From the human T2T-CHM13v2.0 reference genome, Homo sapiens: 64,000 nucleotides of DNA. Location: NCBI RefSeq assembly GCF_009914755.1, contig NC_060927.1; one strand, 5' to 3'. Below are positions 25,223 to 42,447 of this stretch, piece by piece. Positions within the stretch are counted from its first letter, which is position 1. Each line of letters opens with the position of its first letter. A program made the position numbers and the translations under genes. A model generated the notes under the pieces. The model was not told where the DNA came from. It saw nothing but the letters and a program-made list of their open reading frames with translations, and did no database searches.

Positions 25223-28200
25223 TCCAATTTCTTAAAAATTAAATATTAAGAATAGCAAATGATCAATAGACAATTACCTTTATTAATTAACAATATTTTT
25301 AAATTAAAAAGACATATTCTTTATTCAGAGACTTAGCTTTAGGTATGATTAGTAAAAGAAAAATTATAAGTTATATTTGAATGAAGATCTAGGTAACAAT
25401 AGGTCATAAAATATCCAGTGAAAGGTTATTTGACACTTGGAAATCCTTAGACAAAGGGCTTTTAGCAAGTTGTATATCAAGTTTCTATTAGACAACTCCT
25501 TTGAATCATGTATGCATAACTAATGCCTTTATCTCCAGCTCCTTGACACCTTGTTTAATATTGCTGTTATAAATGTATATCTCTCCATTGCTTAAAAAAA
25601 AGAGACACGACTGTGTTAAAACATTGAAAAAATCAATCTCCACTTCAGAGTTTATCAGACTTGTACAATTTTCATTGAATATGCTTCTAAAATTCAATAA
25701 ATTCCTTTTCTAACCTTTATAGAAACTTTTAAAAAAGATAGTGTATGCCAAAAATAGAGGAGAACTTAAAAAATGCTGAAGGTTAAAGAGGACAAGGGGT
25801 TATTTGAGAAGTATTTTCTATTTTACAGACAAAGGAAAGGAGTGGGAAAAATGCTTGTCTTTAGAATAAACTATGTTTCTAGGTTACATGTGAGACGTGT
25901 CTGGGATAATGAACAAAATCAGAGCCAGTAAGTGTAATTGGGAAAGTAAGCTATTTTAGAAGTTATTACCAAGTCTACACAACAAGGAGAAAAGAGCTTA
26001 AGTGTTTGACATTCTTTCCAAGGTATGAGGAAGAATTCCAAGGGACAGAATTAATATTTCCCTCTATTGACATCCTGAACAGTGAACAGTGATCTATTTA
26101 TATAATGAATGTTAAGTTCTAGAATCCCTAACTGTAATAGTCACATACTTATCTGATTTTCTTTAATTTGGGAATAAGTCTGCTACATTTAAGAAGACAG
26201 AAACCAAAGGACATTTCAACATAAAGCTCGGTATAAGCTAAGAATTTAAAAAAAAAAGGAAAAAGAAAAGCTTTATTAAAATATGCATGGATGGCAGTGT
26301 TCTGCATTTCCCTAAAAATCAAGTGGTCTAGTATTTTTTTCTAGGTACATCTTACTGACCTTTAAAAATCAGATTCACTTTTTTTTCAGTCATCTATTTT
26401 TAACATCATTCTAATTTAATAGTATCATCCTTCAAAATTTCTTCTCTTCCACAGAGAGAAACTCAATCCTTTGTGAGGCCTATTTATTATCTCTTCAATG
26501 ACATCTCTTACTAGGTACCAGTATTCTTTAAAAGTCCCTTCCTTAACATGTTTTCTTAATACAGAACAATATTCTTCTGACATGCCTTACTTACATTTTC
26601 TTTTACATGCCATAAACTTCTTGATTTGGTACCCCAATTAACAGCGTATGCAAATATTAGAGTTATTGAAATTTGGAAAAAGAGAGACTCTTGGGAGAGA
26701 TGAAACTTGAGAGGGGCAGTACAAAATCAAAAGCATCTAGAGGTGTGGTCTAGTGGAAGCTGGTCCAGATGGGGAGCTTCAAAGAAAGTCCCAAGAAGAG
26801 AGCGAGAAGGCAAGTTGCCTTCTCAGGGCAATGAAGTTCTGCTGTGACTGCTCCGCCTTCTTTGTGATCTCTTCTGATTGGTAACTGTGTGGGTAGTTTC
26901 AGATTTAAATGAGGAACAACAAGTTCACTCTGAAAGTGGTTATTTTAAATTAAATTTGTGGTTTCACTCATTATCATTATCAACTCTCTATGAAATGACT
27001 GCTGAGTAAGGAATACTCTGCTAAGCAGGCAGAGGGAAGATTCTAACAATGTGGAGAATACAAATTTATTGTTTTGCAAAAGATTGTTAACACTATTTGT
27101 CCATCCTTTCTAAGTGTAGATTATATATATCTCTTTAAGGGTTGACTTTCCTTCTTTTCCCCTTTCTTATTTATTCAGAGACTTGACCTGCCTTTTACTC
27201 CCGAACAGCAAAAAACAACCAAAAGCTTTGCACTTGGTGTGTGTGTATCTGTGTGTATGTGAATCTGTGTATGTTGAAGGGACGGCAAGTGTTTGTATGA
27301 ATTTCTGTGTATGTATCAGAAAGAAACAGAGGCTACCAGGAGTAAGGATTTTACTTCTCTCTTCGTACTTCATGAAGCAGGTTTTTGCCCCGGAGTTATT
27401 TTTAAAGTATAACATCATTTGGCAACTTGGTAAATATAGATATTCATAATTATCTATAACCATGGTTACGAGAGTAAATCTAGTCCAACAAAGTCAAATT
27501 TACTCTAGAATGATATAGTTATTTGCTCAAAGTTATTTTCCAACATGCACTCAGAATAGGTTAAAATAGATTTTCATCTCATAAATTTCTGGTCGTTATT
27601 TTTCATGCATTATTTATTTTACTGAATGAAATTTACTTATTAAAATTAAGTTTTGGGTGAAAATTATTCAATCATATTTAGAATTTCAAGATGAAATTTA
27701 AAATGTTCTTTTTTTTGTAATGAACTTTAATATTTTTCTTTTTTCTTAAGCCTACAAAACATGATCCTGTAGCAGATTTTTTACAGCTGGGTTATAAACC
27801 CTTGGAAAATTGTATTTATAATAGAAATGCTGCCGTAACTTTAAATCTAGCAATACTAGGAGGCAGCCTTCAATCTTCGTGAGTTGCTGACAACATAGAA
27901 GTTTGTTTTCAGATACATCTGCAGTGTCTATCTTGAGCATTCCAGATTGTAGGGAATGAAGTGTCTTCCTCTCTTAGAGGAAAAAAAGGAACATATTCAT
28001 TTTGCTGAGGGCAGCATCGTTGGAAATGGGTTTAGTATGCTGTACATATCACTTTGTGTTTCTTGAATTTTGTTAGATATTTTTGTTGTGACATGGGGCT
28101 TCCCAAATGGTGGTTGTGCAAACATTTGTTCTGCTTCATTTTCCCCCAGAGTATCTGGGAAAAGTAGCTGAGAAATTTCTAGGAATCAAGTGACGAAGTT

Positions 28201-29929
28201 CATCTTGCTTCCCTTTCACAAATTTTGGTGCATCCAAATCTGTGGAAGATGCCTGTAGTCACTGGGAGTTTATTTTATGTGAAGCAATGCTTGTGTTGTT
28301 GGTCAACATACACATACTCAAAGAATGAGCATAAATTAAGTGCAGCAGAAAAAAATGGCCTTGGTTCATTTTTAGCTCTGTCATACCTATGTTCATGAGA
28401 AGTTCAGAGAATTCAGTCAATTCATCGTTAGATATTTGAATATCAGCTGGGTGCTCAAATATTTGCATCACTTGAAAATCTCAAAGGGACAGGATTTCCT
28501 GTAGCTGACTGGATTCCCACCTTCCAATCCTTCCTTTTTGAGATTTAGAGCCAAGGAAAGCAGCCAGACATTTATGTTTCCCTAATATTGTGGATTCATT
28601 GTATAAATAGACAGGATTTTAGAGAAGTCCTCCTTGAGTAGTGTTTTTTTTTTTTGTTTTTTTTTTTTTTTTAATAGTTGTCTTCTCAAAAAGGGATGAT
28701 ATGGGACTGCTTTAGTACTTGCTGCCTGAGAGCAGTATGAGTGTAATTGCTTCAAGCAAACTATCTTGGTGGCCAAATGATTGTTGTTTGCTCTTAAAAT
28801 ATTTTTCTCTTGTGATACCATGAAATGTTTGTTGTGTAAAAAAGATTAGTGGGAATTAAAATCTGATAAATGGGGGCCTAGATCATAGAATGTTTTGTAG
28901 GGAACTAGAAGTACTTTAGCTTTTACTTTGTTTGGGACAAGGAGACTTTGTAGAGTTCTGAGCCAAGGATTGACACAGCTGACTTATGTTGACATTTTCA
29001 CATCATAATTGAGATTATTTCACCATCTTTCTGAACCCCATAACAAGTTTGAAACCTTCTGTGGTGTTCAATTGCTCTTCATGTAAGATCCTCCATGGCT
29101 TGGCCTCTGCAAACTTTTCTAGCATTATTCATGTCCACACTTGGCCTTGATGCCTGGTCTGCAGTCATTTGTCTTGCTTTCAGTGTTTTTAATGTACATT
29201 TCCCTAGGGCGGTTTCACCTGTTGTGTGTTCTTAGCCAAATATAGCTGCCATTCCTATCATTGAGCTACAAGGTAAGTGTTTACAACTGATCTTTAAGAA
29301 ATAGAAGATTTTGTAAGTTCCTGGAAAGAGGAATTTGGTGGCCTAGAAGTTCACCCTATGGAAAGAACCTCAGAAATATCTAATTCAAACATTTTACCAT
29401 AGCATTCAAAAATGACCCTATGGGTTGACAGCTTCAGTGACAGGCAGGGGAAGTGCCATCTGAGAAGGTAGGCCAGCCCTTTGGGCTTTTCTGAGAAACA
29501 GCTTCTCTAAGAAAATAATTTCTGGTGAAGTCTATTGGGTGAAGAATATTAGACTTCTAAGACCAGTAAAAAAACAAAACTCCCCGATTCTCCTTATCTT
29601 CTAATTATCGTTTAGCAGTACAGTATTTATAGGAAAAGAGAATATATCGAACTGGATCTTTTTTTCCATAACCCTTTCTGATCCCCATAGCTTGTTAAAC
29701 CTCTTACATATAATCCACTTATATTAGCTTATACTCACAACACTGTAAGGCATTGTTCTGTTGCCCATTTTAATAGAATTCTGAGATGATGTGATAAATG
29801 ACAACTTGCCTAAGTAATTCTCTACTAGAATAAAAACAATCTACTCAAGGCTGTATCTGCCAATAAAGGTAACCTTGCCTAAATCCACATTTTTAATTAA
29901 AAACATTATGGGATTTTAAGTTTTTTTAA

Positions 29930-30440
29930 TTTCTAAAGAAATACGTGTTCTTTGTTATGAAAGAAAAGCAAACAATACAATATTGGATAAAATAAATAAA
30001 AAATTCCCACTGACTTCTTCAAAATCACTAGACAATTTGTTAAGAGTACATATGATAAAATGTGGTTTAAAAATAAAAAAAGAAAATTATTTAAAATGAG
30101 TATTACATCCCCTATAAAAGAAATAAGTAAATAAAATCTTCTCCAAGATCCCCCAATCTCATCCAAAATATATGGTCACTATGAACAAATATGTATATTA
30201 CTGTGCCTCATGTAATATGTTTTTACTTGCATATTTCAAATACTTATATGCATTAGTACATAATTTACTTTTTTACAAAATGAGATGACACAATACATAC
30301 CATTAAACAATTTCTTCTTTTCAACTAGCAATAAATTATAGACCTCTTTCCACATCAGTAATGCATATCTTTTTTGACTAATTTGTAATATATATGTGGT
30401 AGGAGGAAAGTGTCATGATTCATTTAATCATTTTCACCTT
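29930..30440 (-). mobile_element. Very old L1 (L1ME-like) 3' remnant
   Basis: ttttacaaaatgagatgacacaatacatac...ttttcaactagcaataaattatagacctctttccacatcagta. Confidence 0.5.
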
Positions 30441-33400
30441 GAAAATGTATTTTTAAATGCATAGTATTATTTTATTTATTGCATTTATAATTGAGTCTAT
30501 TTACTGTTCTTACTAAGAACTATATTTTAGGAGGATTGCTCATCCACTTGAAGGCAAAATTGGAACTGAGAAGAAGAGTAAGGTAGTTTCTTCCCTGGGT
30601 GATCCACATCTGAGACAGAGAGAGCTGGACCAGGATAGGACTGAAGGAGGACTGAGGCTGAGAGATGCAGAAAGCGCTGTCAGGGAAGGATCCCTTGAGA
30701 TGGCAATAGGACCTCTAAGTAGGCGTGTAACAGACAAGGGGAGAGCGCCCTTCTCCACAATGCAGGGATTTTATCATTATGAGACATGGTTAGGTTAACT
30801 AAATTTTTAATCTCTTCTAAAATATAACACATGTAGCACATGTAAAAAAAAGTTAATAAAACTCTGCTTTATGTTTTGCAGGTCTGTGAACACTTATTTT
30901 GTCTAACAACATTAATAGTTATATTAATAATATGAATGATAACAAAATAGCTACAGAGTATTTTATGTTCCCACCTGCCCTTTGCTTCTTATATACACAT
31001 CATCTACTCCCTACAGTTTCTTAAGAGACAAGTATTATCATTTCTGCTTTATTTTTACTCCTGTGACTCAGAGATATTAAGTAATTTCAGTTTATAGGGA
31101 GTTATTATCTTTGGAACAATACCACTCCTGCAAATAAGGACAAGGGAGCTCCTGTTTGCTGCATTAATTCTCATTGGTTCTCAAACAAATGCGAATTACT
31201 GTATAATGGCAATCACAGTTGAGCCGTATCTCTATTTTTGAAAAACTATTATTCATCTACTCTGTTTTGTATTGAAGGTCTAGGTTCATTTTTCTGTTTG
31301 TCGAAAGAGAAAAACAGTCACAAATATCTATACTGTCTTAACTGTATTTCCAGAAGAAACACGTAAAATTTTTCTAAAGAAAATGATTTCAGGAAACACG
31401 TTTTTGGAAATAAATGATCACCCGGCCAGGAACTAACAAAAATCTGAATTCTTTCTTTGTTTGGGTGCTTTCTATACTTAGAAATGATTTACTTCTATTA
31501 TCTTAATTTTCTCATTACTGTTATTAATTAGAGGCATATTTTATATCAATGAAAACCTTGAAGTATCATTCCTTCTTCCTCAAAATGATTAGGAAATATG
31601 TCTATGGGGACTTAAGTTAATTGGATAAAACATTTCTGAAAGGAGTGAGTTTTATGTTCAGTAAAATGAGACTCACATTTCTATTGAATTTTTTTTTACT
31701 ATGGAATCTATTAATAAATAGATGTGAAAGAAGATAGTGATCAAGAACACTCGTCAGGCTCCTTATGTGCAGTTCCACAGCAGAAGAGACTGTAGTATAT
31801 TTATTGGCCTTGCTATCGAGGGTGGCAGTGTTTTATTTCCTGCTTTGAAATTATTTTAATCTGTTATTTGGTAAATTGCCTATCGTTTTTACAGTTCTAT
31901 GAAAAGTAAGAAAAGAACTTAACGATGGTATTTATCAACTTGTTGTTTAGTAGAATGTAATTAGTTGGCGAAAGAGGAAACATGCCATATGTAAATGATG
32001 TCTGTCATTCCTCCTACCCCACCGCTGCTGCATCCCTGCACAGAACTCTCCATTTGCACACTGGTTTTTTTTGGGTATGTCCACCAGAGCCAAAAAAGAA
32101 AGGAAAAAAAAAAGCAATGTTTTTATCAACAGACGTTTTCACTGTATAACTAATTAAGCAGTGAGGTGGTTCTATTCCTTCAAGGAAATTATAACTATTT
32201 TACAGATTAGGAATCCGAGGTCCACAAGCTGGGCATCTTCCTCAAGGTCATAGTTTGTTGATGACATTTCTGTCTCTCTTTTTTTCCCTTTGATTTAATT
32301 TAATTTGTTTTGTTTTGTTAATCAGAGCACTCCTTATTCTACTCTTAGCATATCGTTTTTTTTTGCTCTTCAGACTGGAATATTCTTTGGTATGATATAA
32401 CTAAAATTTTCCCAGCCAAGAAAATTGAGTTCATGGTTTGGAATTTCAAAACATGATTATTTTAAACTTTTTGTCCACTCTTGGGACTACCTGGGAAATA
32501 GTTGTATGGGGATTTTTAACTTGAAACAACATTAAGGATAGATTATCTTGTATAAAGATAGATTATTTTGTAAAATGACTCATTTCTCTTGGACACTAAT
32601 GGGGTCATTAACACCTATACTGTAAAATATTGTAATAATGAATAAAATTAGAAATTAAACATAAAGAATTAGAATGAAAATGTTTTGCAGTGAAAAGAGG
32701 TCAAGAAAAGACAATGGGGTATCTCCTTATAAGACAGTGCTATGCTTAAGCTAGTGTGAAAAATAAATACAGTCTCAGCTGTTAACTTTATTGTGCAAAG
32801 TGCAAAGAGAAATAAGATAAATTCTGAGAACTTTTTGTCTCCTTGTGTTAGTCTTATAGTGAATAAGATAAATTCTTAAAAAAATAGTTACTTTGCCTGA
32901 ACAGCAAACACTCGGTGATGTGGAACATTCTTTATTCCCAAACAAAAAACTTGGTTGTATAGGGACTCACCTAGCTTCAAAATCTGAGGGTCAATGAAAA
33001 TCATTAAAGAGGCCTACTATGGAATGAGTAGGTAACTGTATCTAGAAGGCAGTTTATCATAAAATATCTTTGGAAATATGTGGAGTTTAAAATATTGAGA
33101 ATAATTTCGTTGCTCCTTGCTTTTTCATCTGTCCTGCTATTATGGTACTTAAAAGGAATAGTGGACAGAGTGGTCCATTCTTTACATCTGAATAACATTT
33201 AAACTAAATGACCCCTATTGGTGTGAATCATATAGAGAATAATTTTTACCACTATTTCTTTCATATAAGCTTTTTATATTCTCTTGTTCTAGTTACTGTA
33301 AAATGCTGAAAATAATCTTTTAATAAAGTAGTCAAATGGCAGCATGCTTATTTAAAGCCCACAATATAATGAGAATTTGATTTGTATGACTCTTAATTGC

Positions 33401-35624
33401 TTCCACAGGCATTATTTTACAGCTAGGATATTGAGATACTATGATGTTATGAGGCATGTCTATGTAGGACAGATATTTGTTCTCTGAGAAGCTTCCATGA
33501 TACTTTACAACATAGAATTGAGCCTTGGGTGAAAAGACCAATGGGAAGTTGCATGGGCTAGGTATACTATCATGCAGAACCATGAAAATGGTTCCTTTTA
33601 TGCCTCAGTCATCCTAGCGTGCCATAGGTTACATAGGATATAAACTTCAATTAGTATTTTCGTTTCTTTGTATCTGTGTTTGGGATTTGGTCTTACACAC
33701 CCACATAAAAATCACCAGAGACGGCGTTTCATTCCCTTATCTTTCGACATTTGGAAAATTGTGAAACTTTGATGATAAACCATTCACTGCAATTGAAGAT
33801 ATATACTAATAGGTGTGCCAGTAGATTTTAATAGAGATATTTACTTTTCCTCCATCTCCCAGAAATCTGGAACTTGAGATACGATTTTTTTTTCACCTAT
33901 GATGAAACTCCTGTTTTACGCCAGTTCACTTTTTTTTCAGTATAGTTTTGTTTTGTTTTTTAACCAATGAATAAATAGGGGAATGCATTTGTTAGATTTT
34001 TTTTTTTTATGTAGCCATAAAGGTGAAAAACTTGGCTGTGACTCTGTTTTGATGTTCCAGGCTGAGGAAGTGTAATTGTAGCTGTGAAATGAAGTGGGTG
34101 TAAAATGAGTTTGATGGTTCAGTCAACTTCAATAGACAGATGTTGATTTTATCCTTTAATGGGAAAAGGTTCTGCAAAAATCATTATAAAATGAAAAAAA
34201 AAAACCCAATAAATTTGCAGGTGTGCAAGCCTTATTAAAAGAGGTATTTAAATTTTAAAATAAAATTTAAGATCATATTCTTGTAAATATTTTGTTTTTA
34301 TTTTTTAAATAAAAACAAAGGCTCCCTTTCATCACCTGCTGAGCATGTGAGGTCAGGTTGCTCAATTTCTCTGGTATGTTTATTTGTCTTTTGTAAAATG
34401 TACGTACCACACAAGAATTAATGACCAATTTGATGAGATAGTATACAAGAATTGTAACTTTAAGGCCCCTTTCACATAATGGATTATTTTAATCAGAGAT
34501 GGAATCTCTATGAGGGGAGTTCTCTTTATTGAAATATCAATTTTAAAAATATGGTTCATAGTCTGGTTACACAGTGTTTTTCCTATAAGTTCATTGTGAG
34601 ATGTGTCACAGTAATTTTGGAGGAAAGAATTCCTTTCATGTATTAATTTTCATGTGCTAATTATAGGTATTAATTGTTTCTGAGGTATAGAATATCAGCA
34701 TGTAGTATAGGAAGGTAGTGAATAAATAAAGGAGTAGTATTTATGAAAACAGAAAAAAAAGAGTTGAAACTTCAAGAGAAGTGATTGTTCTGCCTTTGTA
34801 TTATGTCTGGCCAGTTGTGTGCTCAACAGGAATGCTGAAGGACTGGTGAGCATAGGGGTGAGGAAGTTGTACTGTTGGGCATGAATCTTTGATATAAAAT
34901 GCTTCACTTGTTAGAATTTTATTTCACTATGTTTGCTTCCTCACCCTAAATGTGAATGGAACAGGCCATTAAGAATAAAATATTCAAGCAATAAACAATT
35001 TTCCTGGCCTGCATGTTCTTTCTGGCTCAGTTAAGGCTGCATCCTAGGGGAATGCTGCCAAGCAGCAATGGAATGAGGCAGTCATTTGGGATGTCTCAGT
35101 CTTGGAGGTTCAACGAGACAGGTGGCTAATTTGGGTCAATCAGTGGACTGAAGGGGACAGAACTTGGTCTGGCAGCAAGCAAGCTGTTGAGGCATCTCTG
35201 ACCGCTGGGAGAACTGGGCCAGACCTCAGCTGCTGGGTAGCCTTTCAGCCTTCTCTGGTCTTGTGAAAACTGATAGGGATAAGGTTGGCATCCAGTCATA
35301 GGGAATAGCACTGGACAGGTTCATGGTTAGACATGGAGGACTGTTATGGGGATGTGTTTATTGAAAATGAGATTTAAGTGCAGAAATATAATTATTAGAC
35401 CAGTTTTAAGATGATCAGAACAAGACTTAGCAATTGTTTTGGACTAGCAATGATTCTCCTGAACTACTAGACTAGAAATCCTGAGAGTCTCCCAGAGAAA
35501 AGCCAAGACTGATGCTGGAATATGGGGCTTAATGAGTTCACAACTGGAAGCCCAGGATCTGGTTAAGGAAATGGTTTGTCCTCAGGGAATGCTGCACATT
35601 TTATAATGTTCACTAAGCAATTGT

Positions 35625-35790
35625 CTGTCTGCCTCTTTCCTTTTCTTGTTTGTGGAGTCTTCTTCCTTCCTTTCTTTCTTCTCTTTTTTCCTCCTTCTCC
35701 TTCCTTTCTTGCTCTCTCTTTCATCTCCTTCCCTCTCTTTCTGTCTCTTTTCTTCTTCCCATTTCTTTTCCCTTCTTTCCTCCTTCCATG
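35625..35790. repeat. CT-rich low-complexity tract
   Basis: About 165 nt of almost pure C/T on the + strand. Confidence 0.9.
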
Positions 35791-37115
35791 TTTAGCTTTT
35801 ATTGAAAGTCTAAACTGCAATATTCTAATTCATTATTGAAAAAAGCTTTTAAAATCACCTATCTACATGTTGCTTAATATGTCATCTTTCAAGGACAACG
35901 GGGTGCATAATATAATGATGCATAATGTACCAAGTATGTAACATATAAAGGATAAATTGCAAATTATTTCCAAAACTATTTCTCAGTAAAATTATTCAGA
36001 GGAACAATCTGATGATCAGATAGACTCTAAAGTCAGTCATCTGAAGCCTGTATTTTAATGAGGGAAATTTTACATTTTAGAAGAAAGGTCTATATTTCTT
36101 CAAAAATTTAATTTTTGGCATTTTAGTATTATATTCTTCTTATAGAAGAATACCATAAACATTCTTTATATTCTTCACCTAAGTTCATTAATTGTTAGTA
36201 TTTTTATACATATCATTTATATTTATCTTTTTATCTATCTATTGACAACGTTTTTGAATCATTTTAAACTAACAGATAGCAGGACACTTCACAACAAAAT
36301 ACTTCAATGCGTATCTCTTATGAATAATGACTTTCACCGTAAGGCTATTATCATATCTAAGAAAATTAACATTTATTTAATACAATAATCTGATAACATA
36401 GAGTCCATATTTAAATTTACCTAATTGACCCAAGTAGTGTTTTTTATAACTTCGGTGTTTGAATTTTCCATCCAGGAGTTAATCAAAATTCATGAACCGT
36501 CCATTTACTATGTCTTAAATTAGTTGCCCCACATTCTAATTTTTTGGTTTTTTATGACCCTGATGTCTTTTTATGGCCAAGTCCAAACGTTGCTTACAAT
36601 AATTCACATTCTGTATTTGTTTCATTATCTTGTCATAGTTAGATCAGATTAAACACTTTGGCAAGAATATTACTTAGGGGTTGTTGCTTACTTTTGTTAG
36701 AAAGCAAATCATATCAGGGCTTTCTATTATTTATGATACTATATATTTGAACACTTGGTTAAGACAGTGCCCATCATATTTTACCATTTAAAAAGTACAT
36801 TTTTCTCTTCATGATTAATAATCAAACTATGGAGTGATATTTTGAAGTATTTGAGATATTTTAAGATAGTGTACCTCTTCTGTTTCCTAGTATTCTTGAT
36901 AATCCTTGAGTGACTAAATCATTACACTAGAGGATATGAAGCAAATTTGTAATTTTCTAATCCCTTTGTACTTGTTATTCTTTCTAAAACACCATTTAAT
37001 TTTGTTATAGTAAATTAATTCATTATTCTTTCTTATACTCTAATATCTAAAGTTGGCCCCTTCAAGTTCCTTCACTTCAGCTACTTTTGATCCCATTAAT
37101 ATCTGGGTACTTCTT

Positions 37116-37396
37116 TTTATTATTATTATTATTTTTTAGATGGAATCTCCTTCTGTCGCCCAGGCTGCAGTGAAGTGGCACGATCTCGGCTCACTGCCAA
37201 GCTATTCTCCTGCCTCAGCTTCTCAAATAGCTGGGATTACAGGCGTGTGTGCCACCACGCCCAGCTAATTTTTGTATTTTTAGTAGAGACAGGGTTTCGC
37301 CATGTTGGCCCGGCTGGTCTCCTGACCTCAGGTGATCCACCCACCTAAGCCTCCCAAAGTGCTGGAATTATAGGCATGAGCCACTGTGCCTGGCCC
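37116..37396 (-). mobile_element. AluS-like SINE with two internal deletions
   Basis: 17-bp TSD atatctgggtacttctt (37099-37115) / atatctgggtatttctt (37397-37413). Confidence 0.95.
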
Positions 37397-37569
37397 ATAT
37401 CTGGGTATTTCTTACCTTGTCTCAAGCTCACTTTGTACTTTGTTGCCTCAAACTGAAATTAAGGCATTTCCTAAGAAACTCTCATTTCTTTAAATGGAGT
37501 ATAATATTTTGAAAACAAGATGTTAATACTAGGTTTAATCTTTGTTACTGGGGTGGCATTGACCTAGAT

Positions 37570-37795
37570 TAGAAGTGGGTAGGCTAGAGCCTGTGAAGCA
37601 AATCCAATCTACTTCCTGGTTTTGTAAATAATATTTTATTGGAACAGCTATGCTCTGTTGTTTACATATTATGTATTTCTATTTTCACACTACAATGGCG
37701 GAGTTGATTATGTGCAACAGAGACCATATGGCTGCAAAGTCTAAAATATATACTATCTTACCCTTTACAAGAAAAAAAAAGTTTGCCAGTATTTT
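37570..37795. mobile_element. MER58A-like hAT-Charlie DNA transposon
   Basis: ttttgtaaataatattttattggaacagc...actacaatggcggagttg...cagagaccatatggctgcaaagtctaaaatatatactatc...ccctttaca...aaaagtttgcc. Confidence 0.85.
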
Positions 37796-37818
37796 ATATA
37801 GATGCTTTCAGTGGACTG

Positions 37819-37849
<31 letters not shown>

Positions 37850-37864
37850 CATATATATATATAT
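37819..37864. repeat. (CT)n / (AT)n compound microsatellite
   Basis: ctctctctct... followed by atatatatat. Confidence 0.9.
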
Positions 37865-37879
37865 TTTAATGTCATGATT

Positions 37880-39371
37880 TTACTTCTGTTCTGGCCAAAA
37901 TGGAGTAACAGAGACTGGATCTACCTCTTGCCTAAAGTAACCAAAACACAAAACTAAACTAAATTAAATAAATTATAGGAAACAAGGAGTTCCAATACAA
38001 TGGATGTCAGACAATGAAGATGAAAGAGAACAAATCCTGAGAAACAAAAAAACAGGCAAAATATGCCATACAACTCTCCCAATTTATTGCCTTGAGAGTT
38101 TTCAGACTACACTATAGGAAAGACAAACCCAGATGGAATCTAGCCGACTCTCAGGACTGGGGAGATGCAGTCCAGCCGACCAAAGTGGCTGTGGGTGGCA
38201 ACGGGGGCATTGGGGGGTCTCCCTTGAGTATTAAGCACCATGATTAAAACATGCATGTGAAGAAGCCATCACAGTTCAGGGAAAGAATTTGCCAAAACCA
38301 TTACATTGACCAACGTATGATGTGTAAACAAAACTAGAACTGATGCACACTGCTAACCAGCTAAACTGACAAATTAATTCATGAGACATGGGTTAGTGTA
38401 CTCAGGAAGTTCTTGCCTTGGTGGAAAGTAATTAACCCTAGATCTAGTGCTGCCCTGTACCTACTTAACACTTCTTAAAGCAAGATTCAAAAGGCTTTGC
38501 AAACTGTTGTAATATACCTTAACAGAGGCTCAGCTCAAAGCTCAAGAATGTTTTTAGGGCTGCAAACATATCCAGCACCCAATAAGATAAATTTCAAAAT
38601 GTTTGGTATCCAATCAAAGGTTGCAAAGTATGCAAAAAAAGTACTTATGTATGACCCTTTATAAGTAAAATACTAAGTCAACTGACACTGTACTAGAACT
38701 GACCAATACGTTAGAATTAGCAGACAAGACATTAAAAGTCATAACTGTATTAAATATTTTTAAGTTAAATATAAAATGTGTATATATATACACACATCTG
38801 AAGCTACCTTCTAAACATGAAACCTATAATATGTAAGATGAAAAATACATTGAATGTGATTAGAGCAGATTAACATCACAGAAGAAAAGAAGTGAATTTG
38901 AAGACACAGCAATAGAAACTATTCAGGATGAAACGGAGAAAAGAAAATTTAGAAAAATAGAGAGAGCTTTGGCGACCTATCTGTGGCACAACTTTAAGAG
39001 ACCTCATATGTGCATAACTGAATTCTCTAAAGCAGAGTAGAGAGAAAGGGTTACAGAAAATATTTGAAGACACAATTGTTGAGAGAATTCTAAATGTGAT
39101 GAAAACTATACATCTATAGATCCCAGAAGTTCTATGAGCCCCAATCACAAGAAACACAAAATAAATGACAACATGCACATCATAATGAAATTGCTTGAAA
39201 ATAATGGTAATAAGAGCATATAAAAATCATCTGAGAAGGAAAATACACTAGGCATACAGAAGAAGATAATAGCAGCAGAATTTTAATCAGAAACAATGTA
39301 AGTGAAAATAAGGGTGAGCAAAGTACTTCAAAGTACAGTACTTTCAAAAGCAAAAATCAAAAAGCTGTCAG
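37880..39371 (+). mobile_element. Old L1 (L1MC/MD-like) 5' region and degraded ORF1
   Basis: acttctgttctggccaaaatggagtaacagagactggat start; ORF1-like agtgaatttgaagacacagcaatagaaactattca...gatcccagaagttc...atcagaaacaatg. Confidence 0.75.
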
Positions 39372-42012
<2,641 letters not shown>

Positions 42013-42284
42013 TTATCAATGTGGAATTCTCTATACCCAACAAAATATATTTTAATAGCTACAGTGAAATTAAGACCTTTTGGAGGCTGGAATAATTAAT
42101 CACCAGTAGAAAGTAGGACTAATCGTTTCCTGCTACTGAAGCAAGAGCTTCCTAAGTACACTACCCCATGCCTCACAAATTAAGAGTTCACCACTTTCTC
42201 TGGTTAGGAATGTGCATTGGTTATAGTCCTGTGTGTGTGTCACACACTGTTCACTTTAATTCTTTTGAATAATTTTTTCCTGGA

Positions 42285-42447
42285 TGCTAGAAGAAAAGAT
42301 TTGAAGTGTTTCCAACACAAAAAATAATAAATGCTTGAGGTAATATATATCCCAGTTAATCTGATTGTATCATTACACATTGTGTGCAAGTATCAAAATA
42401 TCTCATGTGCCCCATAAGTATGTACAATTATTACATATCAATAAAAA
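42285..42447 (+). mobile_element. L1MA-type extreme 3' end fragment
   Basis: gatttgaagtgtttccaacacaaaaaaataataaatgcttgagg...atcattacacattgt...gtatgtacaattattacatatcaataaaa. Confidence 0.75.

Larger units (their letters stand above)
36110..37877 (-). mobile_element. Old L1 (L1MC/ME-like) 3' region, first part
   Basis: ataaacattctttatattcttcacctaagttcattaattgttag...acacttcacaacaaaatacttcaatgcgtatctc...gattaaacactttggcaagaatatt; interrupted by an Alu and MER58A; appears to resume near 45320. Confidence 0.65.

Noticed and set aside
35563-35839. Lys/Arg-rich and Phe/Leu-rich ORFs on opposite strands
   Set aside because: Artefacts of the CT-rich low-complexity tract.
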